Source: Cycas panzhihuaensis
Taxonomy: Eukaryota > Plantae > Cycadophyta
Length of the DNA stretch: 64,000 bases
Assembly: GCA_023213395.1 (NCBI GenBank)
Contig: CM041465.1
Coordinates: forward strand, 149,861,741 to 149,925,740
Reading direction: 5' to 3'
Shown: positions 26,801 to 40,269 of the stretch, one piece after another
Layout of the letters: each line of letters opens with the position of its first letter
Position numbering within the stretch: position 1 is the first letter of the stretch
Translations under genes and position numbers: made by a program
Notes under the pieces: generated by a model
What the model saw: the letters and a program-made list of their open reading frames with translations, nothing else
Told to the model about the DNA's origin: nothing
Database searches by the model: none

Positions 26801-29800
26801 CAAGATCATAGCATTAACATGGTATATGGAAGTAATCCTCCTTGTATTTGACCATACTGATATCCCTACTAACAAAAGAATGAAATTGAACGATTTAAGA
26901 ACTCCTTAATGCTGGTACTATTAGGAAAAGTAAAGGCACTTTTCTACCCTAGTAATTTTAGTAAGAAAAAAAGATGGCCCATTTCATATATGTGTAAACT
27001 ACCATGAGCTCAATAAGATAACCATCAAGGACAAGTTTCCTATACTAGTCATTGATGAACTCTTAGATGAACTCCATGGAGCAACATTCTTCACATTATT
27101 AGACTTGCACTCAGTATACCATCAAATTAGGATTAAGGCAGAGGATATTCATAAAAATACATTTCATACATATGAAGGAAATTATGAATTTTAGTCATGT
27201 TATTTAGCTTGACTAATGCCCCATCCACCTTTCAAGGACTCATGAACAAACTCTTTCAGACTTATTTAAGGAAGATCATATTAGTCTTTTTGGATGATAT
27301 TCTGATCTTTAGTCGTACATGGGAAGACCATCTTCAGCATATTGATAAGGCATTACAAGTACTTATAGATAATCATCTTTATACAAAAAAATCAAAATAT
27401 CAATTTAGGCAAATAGAAATAGAATATTTGGGCCATATTATCTCTCAAGAAGGAGTTAAGGTGTATCCTAAGAAAATTACAGTTATCACAAACTGGCCTA
27501 AACCTAAAAACATTAAGGGCCTTTGTGGATTCTTAGGAGTCATAGGGTATTATCGAAAGTTCATTCATGGCTATGTGAGGATTGCTTCCCCTTTAATCAA
27601 CTTATTAAAAAAGGATTCCTTTCATTGGAATGATAAGGCCTCTGAAGCATTTGAATACCTAAAGGTGGCTTTAGCTACCACACTAGTCCTTACAATACCA
27701 AACTTTACAAAGACCTTCACCATTGAATATAATGCATCAGGGCAAGGCATTGGAGTAGTCTCAATGTAAGAAGGGAAACCTTTAGCCTTTGAAAGTCATC
27801 AACTTACACCCAAAGAATAGGTCAAATCAACATATGAGAAGGAGATGTTAGTAATTCTCCATGCATTTAGGAAATGACAATAATATTTATTGGGAACATA
27901 TTTCCAAATTAAAATACACCATGATAGCTTAAAATATTTCTTATCTCAAAGGATAACATCTAAGGAACAACAAAAATGGGTCACCAAAATGAAATCTTTT
28001 GACTTTGAAATCATATATAAAAAAGGCAAGGATAATATAGCCAGTGATGCTTTATCTTGTAAAGAAGAAGGCTCTACACTATATTCTATCACCACAGTCA
28101 ATCCCTCTTGGATAGTGATCGCTAAGCAAGAATGGGATCATGACCCATTTATAAAGTAGATCATTCAAGACCTTCAAGCTAGAGTAGGGCATTCAACCTA
28201 TTATATACGGTCTATAAATATTCTCTAGTACAAGAATCAAATATATAGATGCCCTTACTCTAGCCTCAAGGAGCAAATTTTACATGATACACATGCCTCT
28301 CCAATAATAGGTCACTCAGGGTTCCTACAAACATACCACCACTTAAAACAATCTTTCTTTTGGAAGGGACAAAAAGGAGATATAAAGAGATATGTTTCCT
28401 TATCTAAAAATTTTCAATGACATAAGACAGAAACAATAAAATCTTTAGGATTGTTGCAACCCTTTCCCATACCAAATCAACGATGGAAAGAAATTTCTAT
28501 GGACTTCATCGTGGGTCTACCTAAGTCAGAAGAAAAAGATACTATACTGGTGGTTGTTGATAGACTAACTAAATATGCTCATTTTTGTGGCATTCAAGCA
28601 ACATATAAGGTAAAGTAAATTCCTGAGATCTTTGTAAAGGATATACACAAGTTGCATAACATGTCCAAATATATAGTCAGTAATCGGGACTCTAAATTTA
28701 CTAATAACTTTTGGATAAAAATCTTCCATCTACTTGGTACTAAACTAACAATGAGCTCATCCTACCATCAACAAATACATGGTTAAACTGAGGTGGTTAA
28801 TAAGTGATTTGAAGCATATGTTCATTATTATGCTTTAGATAAGTAGGGCCAGTGGCATCATTGACTTTCTTTAGCATAATAGTGGTATAATACAACCTAT
28901 TATGCATTAATAGGAATGACTTCATTCCAAGCATTCTATGGTTATGAACCACCCACACTTAAGAACTATGACATAATCAGTTCTAAGGTTCAAGCAGTCA
29001 AGGACCACATCCAAGAAATAACACATATTCTTAAGTTAAGGAAAATTTAAACCTTACATAAAATCAGATAAAACAACAGGCACATAAAGGGTGAAGTGAA
29101 TAAGCATTTCAACCAGGTTACTTATGGTTGCAACCATACAAGTAGCCATCTCTCAAATAGGATGGGCAACATAAATTACAACCTCGATTTTATGGGCCTT
29201 ATAAAATTCTCAAGAAGATTATTGAAGTTGCATATGCCTTGAACTTACCACCACTATCAAGGATCCATAATGTCTTTTATGTTTCATGTCTCAAGAAGGT
29301 AATTGGGTAACAAGTACAAGTTTAAACAGAATTATCTATCTTAAATTAGAAGGGGCAACTTCAACTCATTCCAGAATATATCATTGATTGAAGAATTTAA
29401 CATCTATAATCTAGGCAAATCATTAAGTATCTAATCAAATGGAAAAAACTTCCACGATAAAATGCAACCTAGGAGAATAAGCAATTTGTCCTAGAGCACC
29501 CTGAAATCACCAAACTTTGAGGGTAAAGCTTTTTTAAGAGGGGGACTTCATTAGAGATCCAACCTCTAACTTAACTTCTCTTATATTCTCTTATATATTA
29601 TACTTCTTCTTTCTCTTATATCTTATATTTCTTATACTTCTTCCCATTTCTTAATATCCCACATGCATAAGTAGAAGGTTGTGTAGTGGTCATTGAGTGC
29701 TATATATATTCATGTAATATCTCACATACATAAAGAGGAGGTTGTGTAGTGAGCATAGATCCATATATATATTTATATAATCCTTAAAGTATGGTATCTA

Positions 29801-29929
29801 AAATATCATTGTTATTGCATGTAATTGGGAGGTTAACCCCTTAAAGGGTATTTCAATACAAGTGCTCTTTTAGAGTTACTTGTGTGATATGTTGGTATGC
29901 AATTGTTATTAAGGAGTGGTATCCTACCA
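23851..29929 (+). mobile_element. Element E: Ty3/Gypsy chromovirus (Reina-like), full length, degenerate
   Basis: LTRs 23851-24231 and 29549-29929. PBS TGGTATCAGAGC 24234-24245. PPT 29536-29546. gag from about 25202, PR LIDSRSTHNF, RT VFLDDILIFS, RH, INT, chromodomain-like YLIKWK..NAT*E. Confidence 0.93.
24363..24712 (+). ncRNA. Conserved structured 5'-leader RNA module, copy 1 (Gypsy E)
   Basis: Collinear motifs and stems shared with 30676-31046 and 42792-43113. Confidence 0.7.
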
Positions 29930-30063
29930 AGACCAAGACCCGAGACCCTTCTTCCTTGAGGTCACTATGAAGAAACATAATCTTCACATCCATTTTATAA
30001 CATAACCCCACCTTTCTTTAGCAAGAGGGAACCACCAACAAGTAAGGATTAAGGGGTTTAGTA

Positions 30064-30187
30064 AGTTATACGTATGGACCGTTAAGTCGTCCAATAAGAT
30101 GTAAGGCCGTTAGGGCCACCAATAGAGTTATGTGTATGGACCGATAAGTCGTCGAATAAGATATAAGGCTGCTAGGGCCACCAATAG
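30064..30187 (+). repeat. Two-copy 62-bp tandem repeat in the F LTR (also present in the 3' LTR)
   Basis: AGTTAT..TATGGACCG.TAAGTCGTC.AATAAGAT.TAAGGC.G.TAGGGCCACCAATAG twice. Confidence 0.9.
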
Positions 30188-30675
30188 AATCATTAGGGAT
30201 GAAGACCCTTACTTATGTATTTAAAGGGTTAAACCACTCGTAATGTATTGAGTATGATATCTTGAAAGGAGAAAGTACTTCAGTACTCATTTTGGTAATT
30301 CATTTTCTGTGATCTACTTGCGCATTCGTGTTATTTAGCTTCATTTTTGCTAATAATCACTTCTACGAGCCTAGATTTCTGATAAGGAATGGTCCAAGTG
30401 GTATCAGAGCTGCGTTTGCGATCGTGGGAAGCTACCCAGAATAGCAATTTTTTTTTTTTTTCCTGTATGATTGAGTACTCTCTCTCCCTAAGCAGAGATT
30501 AAGGAAAGACCTTCACTCAGTACTCTCTCCAAGAAGATTGAGGAACGATAGCAGGACAAATTAGAGGTCGCGAAGCAAAGGGGAATTTCGACCTTTAGGT
30601 ACCGTAAGCAATTTATTTCTTCTACATTCAATTTAATTTTTAATCTTTCTTTTTCTACATTGGGTTATATTCCAA

Positions 30676-31046
30676 GGGTAGATAACACTGCTAGGTGGCT
30701 ACCTTTTATGTCCCCTCTCACCTCTTCTTTCTGGATAGATAATACCACTGGGCAGCTACCCAAGTAGTTAGGTAGAGACCCTGTACCATGGGTCTTTAAA
30801 GATCACAGGGATCTGTTGTTCTGGCTAAGAGCATCGTGGCTTTACTGGCCCTTGCGTGAAGGACTGGAGATAACACTCCTGAACCAAGCCCTGAGCAGAA
30901 CACAGCTCTGAGTGTACCTCCACGTACCTCCACGTATATAGGAAGACCCCTTTAGGATTCCAAAACCCTCCCTAGCGCAGGTAACCTATTGGCCGCTAAA
31001 GTCTTGTAGTGCAGTGGTTAGCGGTTAGTGCCACGAAGTTACCTGC
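30676..31046 (+). ncRNA. Conserved structured 5'-leader RNA module, copy 2 (Gypsy F; best preserved)
   Basis: Stems GGGTAG/CTACC, AGACCC/GGGTCT, AGATC/GATCT, GTTCTG/CAGAAC, GCAGGTAAC/GTTACCTGC, TGGCCGCTAA/TTAGCGGTTA. Confidence 0.75.
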
Positions 31047-34000
31047 CCCAAACATCTACATCAGAAGTTTATTGGCAGGCCTATAAGACCAAGCACACCT
31101 CATTCTGCAGTGGGTAGAACACATTTGATCATTCGCTGCTTCCCCTGCCCTAGTCTTAATCACAAGCCACTGACTGCCTGAATTCAAAACTTGTCAGAAC
31201 AGTTAAGCCTCTAGAGAAAAAAAAAAAGAAGAAAAAAAAAAAAAAAAGAAAAGAAAAAGGAAAAAAGAGAGAGCAAAGAAGGAAATATATATATATATAT
31301 ATATATATGAAAAAAAAAAAAAAAAATCACTTAGCTCTTACTCACAGTGCAAAAAAAAAAACCCTTATAACTCATATACCTCAATTCAATCAGCATCCCG
31401 TAAGGGTCATTTTGCACTAGGTTAGTCTATACCTCAATTTTCACTCTTTTTGTACCTGGGCCACTGGTGGGCCCCACCACTCCAAATTCACCTTAAAACT
31501 CATACATCCCATTTCAATAAGTTTTTTATGCTCTTTCTAGTGGACTAAATATCTTGCTTATGTAATTTTGGGGTCAACAGGCTAGAGACACCCCACATTC
31601 CCTTATTTGCCCCCTCTTTCCCATATAACAACTCCCTATTCTTATATCCCATTCTTTCTCGAATCTGTCCTACTTCGTTCTTTCCCTTCTTTCTACTTAC
31701 TCCCTCTTCTTTAATCCCTTTCTTCAACTCCAATGGAAAAAAATCAAACAGAATTTTTTTTTGAGTTGACCAATGATTTGTCTAACTTCAAAATAGAGGT
31801 CAGCGATAAACTCAGTAGCATGCCTACCAAATCTGACCTGGATGACACTAAGAAAGAGATTATCAAACTGCTTCAATAGTGGGTGTCACCCTAACCACAA
31901 AGCATAAGAGCTTCTACCTCAATGGGCAACCAACCTCCCCCTTCTCCAGGAAGCAATGCACATACAGGAGGTTCTCCACTAAGACAGCTATTTTTCCACC
32001 ATAAGATCAACATTCCTATCTTTGATCTAGACGTGAATAGAGAGTGCACTCGAAGCTAGATTAATAAGTTAGAATCCTACTTCACTCTTCACCTGATGTT
32101 AGAAGAGGACCAACTCTTATATGCTTCCATTCATTTAGATGGTCAAGCTCACCATTGGTTTAACTGGTGGAAGTAGGAACATCCCTCTCACCAAACTTGG
32201 TCCCACTTCATTAGTTGTTTCTTTGAACAATATGAAGATATATGGAGTCAATCATTTTTTACACGACTCACCCAGCTTAAGCAGACATCAACTGTAGAAG
32301 CTTACACGGATGAATTTCAAGCTTTATACAATTGCATGCCATAAAGCCAAAACTTGGACAAACAAACAGTGATTGATATTTATGTGGCAGGACTCCAAGA
32401 TCATATTCAGATGAAATTAAAGACAATGGCAATTTACTCCCTTAAGGAAGCTTTCAAGTGGGCCCGTGTAGTAGAAGCTGAGTTTGCAGCAAACAGACCC
32501 TCAGCCATTCGACAGGATAACTCTTGGTTCTCATGCACTCGACAAGTAAACCTCCAGCAACCTCGACCTTAATTTGACGATGCCTCTCATCCTCAAGCTG
32601 ACTTCACATGTCCTCGACCACGACAGGATGATTCTTAACCATCTATTGATCGCTAGAATGAGGATACATCCACCAAAAGAGTCCAGATTTCTCAAGCTGA
32701 AGCACAACGTCGACTTGAGGCTGGCCTTTGTATGCAGTGTGTAGAAAAGTGGACTTCCGAGCATGGTTGTTTTTGCCAAGCGTGGTGTATGGTTTTCTCA
32801 ATTGACCCATCCCTCTCCCCTAATGATCCCTCTGATTTTGACTCTGACCAGGAGGCTGATGATGAAACCCATGATGATCCTACACTAGACCCCCAACTTG
32901 AAGTATCTATATCCACTGTCACCACCTCCTCCTACCCCGAACCCCTAAGAGTTAGAGGCATTCTCCGCAAGACTCCAATATCTATCTTGATTGACAGTGG
33001 TGCGTCACTTAACTTCATTGATATTTCAATTGCTAGATAACTTAACCTATATATTATCCTAAAAACTAGCTTCACATGTTCTCTACCAGGGTACCAGAAA
33101 CTCCATTGTGTAGGTGTTATTAAAAACCTCTAAGTCCAAATTGGCTCATGCCTTTTGGTGTCAAACTTCTATGCCTTGTCAATATGAGGATCTGATGCCA
33201 TCTTAGGGATTCAATAGTTGCAAATACTAGGGACCTATAGCATGAACAAATTGCCTATAAATCCATTCATTGCCTTCGAAGACCACATGGGGTGAAACCA
33301 CAAAATTTACAGAATGCAATCCCCCCCTAACCAAGTGGTCTCTCCTGGACGTATTAAATTGCATCTTCAATCTCACCTAGGGTATATAGTCTGCCTCAAT
33401 AATATTCAAATCGAACCATAAATTCATCCCTACATCCAGGATGTCATTACCCAATATGAACAAGTATTCGCCCCTCTGCCTACCACTACCCCTCCCGATG
33501 GCGATTTCTTTCATATATTTGACCTCCAATCTAACCATGACCCCATCAGCCTTCGACCTTACTGTAACTCATACTTCTAAAACAATGAAATCGAGAAACT
33601 CACAAATGAGCTCCTCGACATAGGCATAATCCAACCTAGTAAAAGCCCTTATGTAGCCCCAATTATCTTAGTTCGGAAGAAGGATGGCTCCTTTCGCCTC
33701 TATGTTGACTATAGGGAATTAAATAAGATTACCATTAAAAATAGGTTTCCCACCCCTCGCATAGATGACATGCTATATGAAATCCATGGCGCAACCATCT
33801 TTTATAAGTTAAACCTCCAATCTAGTTACTACCAAATCCCAATTACCCCACAAGATTGTCATAAGATAGCATTTTGCACACATCATGGCCATTTTGAGTT
33901 TCGAGCAATGCCCTTTGGCCTTTGCAATGCCCCAACAACCTTCCAAGCTCTCATGAATAAAATCTTTGGGCCCTACCTTCAAAAGTTTGTCATAGTTTTC

Positions 34001-37000
34001 TTCGATGACATTCTTATTTATAGTGCATGCCTGGATCTCCATATCTAACACTTAGAAATTGTTCTTCAAATATTGCAGAACCACCAACTCTATGCAAAAC
34101 TATCTAAGTGTGAGTTCAGACAATCAGAACTCAAAGATTTGGGCCATATCATATCATCAGAAGGGGTATGTATAGACCCCAACAAAATATCGGTCATCAT
34201 AACATGGCCAACACCTATCACTCTTACCCAGCTACAAGTATTTCTTAGGCTCATAGGGTTTTATTGATGCTTCGTACGTAACTATGATGCTCTTACCACT
34301 CCATTAACTAACCTCCTTCGTAAAGAGGCTTTTCAATGGTCTCTCGAAGTAGAGGTTTCCTTTTCCCACCTCAAGGTTGTAATGACCTCCACTCCAGTCC
34401 TCATCACTCCTGATTTTAACCAACCCTTCCAACTTGAATGTGATGCTTTAGGGTTTGGTTTAGGCACAGTCCTAATGCAAGATTTTCATCCCATTGCATT
34501 TGAAAGGCAAAAATCAAAAGATCACGAGCTTCATCTCTCTACATATCAGAAAGAAATGAAGGCTATTCTCCATGCTATTGATAAATGGCGGAAATATCTC
34601 TTAGTCTCTAAGTTTACTATTCTTATGGATCATCATAGCCTCCATAATTTATTGACTCAGCCAGTCTTGTCTGAAGATCAAGCTAAGTGGGTTCATTAAT
34701 TACAAGTCTTTGACTTCTAAATAGCATATAAAAAAGGTAAAGACAATATAGTGGCATATTCTCTTTCATGTCTCCATCCTAACGACAATGTTCCTAACCC
34801 AAGCCTCCATGCCATTAGCAACCCCCAACCCCTTTGGCTTGACAAACTATACGTTGAAAATCAAGCCCAGCCAGACTATCCTAATTGGAGGGAAAAAGTT
34901 CTCACCCATAAAGGTTGGCCAACCTTCAACAATCAACTCCTCTACCATAATCATATCTTTGTCCATCCCTCCTCCTCATTCATCCCTAAAATCCTAATAG
35001 AATACCACTCGTCCCCGCTTAGCGACCACTCTGGCTTCGATAAGACTTATTAATGGATTCACGCAGATTTCTTTTGGCCCCACATGAAGACCACCATATT
35101 CACCTTCGTATCAGAATATGACACCTGTCAACAAAATAAAGTAGAGACCAAACCTCTCCTTGGCCTTCTCCAACCATTAAATATTCTGCAAGGCAAGTGG
35201 CAAGATATTGCCATGGACTTCATCACGGGCCTATCCCCATCTGCCAAGTTTGACTCCATTTGGGTAATCATTGATCGATTAACCAAGTACTCACACTTTC
35301 TCCCAGTGCACACCTCATATTCATCCTCTCGTCTCGTTGACTTATATGTCCAATTCATATTTCACCTCTATGGTTTTCCATCATCTATCGTTTGTGACCG
35401 AGACCCTAAGTTTACTAGCTCCTTTTGGCAAGAACTCTTTAAGGCTATTAGAACCTCATTTAAGATGAGCTCTGCCTACCACCCACAAATAGATGGCCAA
35501 TCAGAGGTTCTAAACAAAACTTTAGAAACTTATTTACGTTGCTTCGCTTCAGAATACTAAGCTAAGTAGACCTCATAGCTTGCCCTGGCTGAGTATTGGT
35601 ATAACTCCTCCCATCATTCTGCCATTGGTATGTCCCCCTTTTTGGCTTTTTATGGCTACCACCCACCTTCTCACCATACCCTAGCCACAAATTTTAGAAA
35701 CAAATTGCAACAAAAGCTTCAAAAAATGGATCAAATCATGCATGCCCTTTGACAAAATCTAGCTAGTGCTCGAAATCAAATGAAGCAACTGGCAAACTGC
35801 CACCGATCTGATCAATCCTTTGATATTAGAGATCTAGTATACCTCCGCCTCCAACCTTATAAGCAATAATCACTCAAGTCCCATCAAGGGTATAAACTAA
35901 GGCCCCGCTACTATGACACTTATAAGATCCTACACAAAATTGGTGAAGTTGCTTATGCCCTTGAACTCCCCCCAAACACTAATATTCATAATGTCTTCCA
36001 TGTGTCCTGCCTAAAATAATACCTTGGAGCTAAAGTTATACCCTACACAACCCTTCCCATTCTCTCTAAAGAATAAACTCTTATAGTTCCTCCTGATAAA
36101 ATCCTTGCCAGTCGCCAGTGCCGCCTTTGGAATCACACTATTTCTGAACACTTGATATAGTGGGTTGGCTGCGATACTAATGAAGCTACTTGGGAGTCAG
36201 AAGAGTTCATCTAGAAACATCCTCATCTCCAACGCTGCGAGGACTCAGCATCTCAGAGGGGGGGACCTGTAACATAACCCCACCTTTCCTTAGCAAGAGG
36301 GAACCACCAACAAGTAAGAATTAAGGGGTTTAGTAAGTTATATGTATGGACTGTTAAGTCATCCAATAAGATGTAAAGCGACTAGGGCCACCAATAGAGT
36401 TATGTGTATGGACCGCTAAGTCATCCAATAAGATGTAAGGCCACTAGGACCACCAATAGAATCATTAAGGATGAAGACCCTTGCTTATGTATTTAAAGGG
36501 TTAAACCACTCGTAATGTATTGAGTATGATATCTTGAAAGGAGAAAGTACTTCAGTACTCATTTTGGTGATTCATTTTCTGTGATCTGCTTGCGTATTCA
36601 TATTATTTGGCTCCATTTTTACTAATAATCACTTCTACAAGCCCAGATTTATGAGAAGGAATGGTCCACATTTGATCCACCTTAAGATCATAGGCATCTA
36701 CTATAATCAATAAAAATTTAATTGAAGCTACCTTTGTAATATAAGAAAATATATTACTAAAATTTATTCCCTTGACTTAGGAATATTCTTTTGGTACTAA
36801 GTAGGCCTTGTACTTTTCTATTTTACCATCTACTTAAAACTTCTTCTTGAAGATCTATTTGTTATTAATAAGTTTTTTGCCATCAGGTAGATCCACCAAA
36901 TCCTATGTGTTATTTTTGTCCAAGGTTGTCATTTCTTCTTTTACAGCCTTCATCTAGAGTTAACTCTCTTTTGAATTTAGAGCCTCATGAACAACACTTG

Positions 37001-40000
37001 GATTATCATCTGTAGTAAATAAAATGAAAGATGAGTGATGCAAATCTTTAAGAATATACCTATTTGGTTGTCTTCTCTCATGAGTTGATCTCCTTAAGAT
37101 GTGGGGTTATTGAGGTTAGGCTACCTCCATAACTGGTCCTTCCTCTTTAATTAACTTATATTCTAATATAGAATCTTCATCCCTTATCTCAAACCATACC
37201 TTCTTAGAGTCTTTCTCCTTTAGTTCTCCATCTTACTTTAGAGACTTAAACTCCTTTTTAAAGGAAACATCACAACTATACATAATTTTTTGTGTTTTAA
37301 GGTTACAAAGCTTATGCCTTTAACACCATCACCATAGTCAATGAAAATAGTTTTTTGTGCTTTAAAATCAAACTTAGTGCTCTACAGGCTAGGAACATAT
37401 ATGAAAGCTTTATAACTAAAAACTCTAAGATGACCAAGAGATGACTTCTTACTAAAACATACTTCTTTAAGTATTTTATACACTAAGGAAGTCATTGGTA
37501 ATCTATTTATTAAGTAGCTTGTAGACATCATAGCCTTAACCCATAATTTCTTCTTTAACCTAGTAATATTAACCATAGTCCTTGATTTCTCGAACAAGGT
37601 CTTGTTCATTCTTTCAGTAACTTTGTTCTGTTGTGGTATATAAGGAGTTATCTTCTACTTTACTATCTTACACTACTTACAAAACTACTCAAACTCTTTT
37701 AAGTAAAACTCACCTCTATTATTAGTCCTTAATACCTTGATCTATGTGTCATTATGATTCTTGACTAAGACCTTGAATTCTTTGAATTTACTAAAGACCT
37801 TAGATTTTAGCTAGAGAAAATATAACAATGTCTTTTTTGAGAAATCATCTATAAATAAGACAAAGTATTTAGACTACCCATTGAAGGTACATCAATAAGT
37901 CCAAAAATAACATTATGTACCAGTTACAAAATACCCTTTACTCGCTTTAATCTTAAAGGAAAATTAACTTAATTCTATTTACCATATACATAATACTCAC
38001 AGGAATTAAAAACAAAAGAGCTATTAATTCTACATATGTCTTCTATTATACCTTTGGAGAATAAATCATGGATCCCTTTCTCTCTAATGTGGTCTAATAT
38101 CTAATGCTATAATATAGTGTTACCAATAAGTGATACTTAGGTCCTACCTGCATTATTGCTACTTTCTATAATATCTAGACTATAACTACCAATACACAAT
38201 ATGCTTATATCAAGCTTATACGACATTCCAAATCAAATCCCTCTTACTAACACAAATTCTTTTCAAACCATTTTATAATTATCTTTATCAAAAATCACTT
38301 CTATTTTTACATCACCCAATTAACTAATAGATAATAAACTCATAGGTAAACTAAGAATATGACTCACATTAGGGATAATTTTAATCCTTCCATCTCTAAA
38401 CTAAACCTTCACCATTCCATAACCCATAATTTATATGAATAATGTTCCATGAGGAATACTTCACCTCTATCAATACTTTTGTATTCATTAAACCACTCCT
38501 TATGGGGAGTAACATGAAGTGAGGCACTAGAGTCAATTAACCAAGACTCAACATTTGACAATTTACCTGAGGTTACTAAATAAATATTACTATCAACTTC
38601 ATTAGAGGATTTTGCTACCATGGAAGAAGTAGCTTTAGGTGGCATTTCCTTTTCAACCTTGGCTCAACACTAGCTCTTTAAATGGCCAATCTTATTATAT
38701 CTCTAATATACTAAGGGGCCTCTACTTGGAGATTTGGATTTCCCTATAGATTTTAGCCATTTGTTACTAGGCCTTTATTGGTTGTGATCTAATATTTGAT
38801 CTCTCACTACTAATTCTTCTTTAAAATGATGCTTAGAAGATTTTTACCTTATCTCTTCTCATAATAAGGTGGTAACAACATTGTCAAATATTATGGTATT
38901 AATAGTTATGATGTTAATCATCATCACAATATTATCCCAAGAATCATGAGATAAATATAATAGGGAAATACACTTATCTTCCTTAAACATTGTTATCCCA
39001 ACTGAAATAAGATGGCTCACCATGGTGTTAAATGTAATGAGATGGTCTGTAACTATATCTCCATCACTCATCCTAAGTGAATATAATTTTTTTCAAATAA
39101 ATAACTTATTAACTAGGGACTTAATCTTATATAAAGCCCCTAACTTATTCTATAGTTCTTCGTTCATAGACTTTATGACAACATTTAACAATATCATGTC
39201 TAAAATATATAACCTTATTGAACTAATTACTTTTGACCAAGCTTCTTTCAGTCTTCATCAGCCATATTCACAAGCTTTGTTTCTACTATAGTGATCTATT
39301 GATCCTTCACAATGAGTATATCTTTCATCTTTAACTTCTATAACTCAAAGTTTTAACCATTAAACTTTTCAATCTCTATCTTCATAGCGCTTTCCATGAT
39401 GTTCATACTCAAGTTTATTAGACAAGGCTCCCACTTGCCAAATAGCTTCTTACAGAATTAAAACCCTTAGCTCTTATACTAAATGAAGAGAAAATATAAA
39501 TATGGAAGTAATGTATTAACATAACTCTAAACTATAGAAAGAATAAATAAAATAAATTAACTAAGTACACAATAAAGAACACTAAGAGATTCTAGTCTAC
39601 ACATAGACCTTTTGTTAATTTGAGCAATAATTAATGAATTATAGAGATGAAAATCCCAACTCTTCCTATTGATTCAATAAAGATTCATCCAATTCTTACA
39701 TGTATCATTACATAAGAATATATAGATACAAATTTATAAGATATTGAATTGTGGTTTTATAATATAATGAGAATAAACCATAGGCTAAAAAAGACCCCAA
39801 TAAGACACCCAAAATTGAACCCTTACCTAGGGGGCTACTAGCCCCTTAAACCCCCCAATCGGGGGCCATACAATAGGCCCTTAGAACCCACTAAGAGGTT
39901 TGGATGTAATGCATATATCCATGTAACAGTTGCAAAGTATTCAAGATATCCAACGATATTTTTATATAAAATTTTAATGAAAATATAAGTGTTTTAACTT

Positions 40001-40269
40001 TTTAGTGGTATTCTAACTACCTATGAATAAACTGAGGCAGGCAACCAATCATGCTAGTTAGCTACATATAGACTGAGGACTCTTATAGTTATTTTCTTTA
40101 TTTTTGTACGTAATATTCTTACTTTCTAGATGATTTTTATTACCTACTACTTAAAAGATGGCTAATAGAGATGGTACTATCACATAAAAACCCATAAGTC
40201 CCAAAAATTATAGACTAAAATGTTATCATGTAGGAAATTATGGTACACTAAAAAGGATTATTAGAAGTG

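Larger units (their letters stand above)
29996..36668 (+). mobile_element. Element F: Ty3/Gypsy chromovirus (Reina-like), full length, degenerate
   Basis: 401-bp LTRs 29996-30396 and 36268-36668 (roughly 92% identical by eye). PBS 30399-30410. PPT 36256-36265. Perfect TSD CATTT. PR LIDSGASLNF, RT FFDDILIYS, INT DIAMDFITGL, chromodomain HLI*WVG..EATWE. Confidence 0.95.
22130..39955 (-). mobile_element. Element D: full-length degenerate Ty1/Copia (Tork/Tnt1-like gag), interrupted by elements E and F
   Basis: LTRs 22130-22601 and 39484-39955. Perfect TSD ATATT. Decayed PBS 39470-39481. gag ATG at 39397 (MESAMKIEIEKFNG..). PR SWLIDSSASLHVT. INT 37250-37930. RT split at 36669/29995 and 29930/23850. 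RH about 22680-23350. Confidence 0.93.

Noticed and set aside
30676-31046. Assigning the module to a picornavirus/pestivirus IRES, hammerhead ribozyme or group II intron
   Set aside because: Only short word matches (CGTGAAGGA, AAGCCCTGAG). No CUGANGA/GAAA core and no domain V were seen, so the family cannot be assigned by eye.
40000-40025. TTAGTGGTATTCTAACTACCTAT as a fourth module remnant upstream of Copia G
   Set aside because: Too short, and the other domains are not visible
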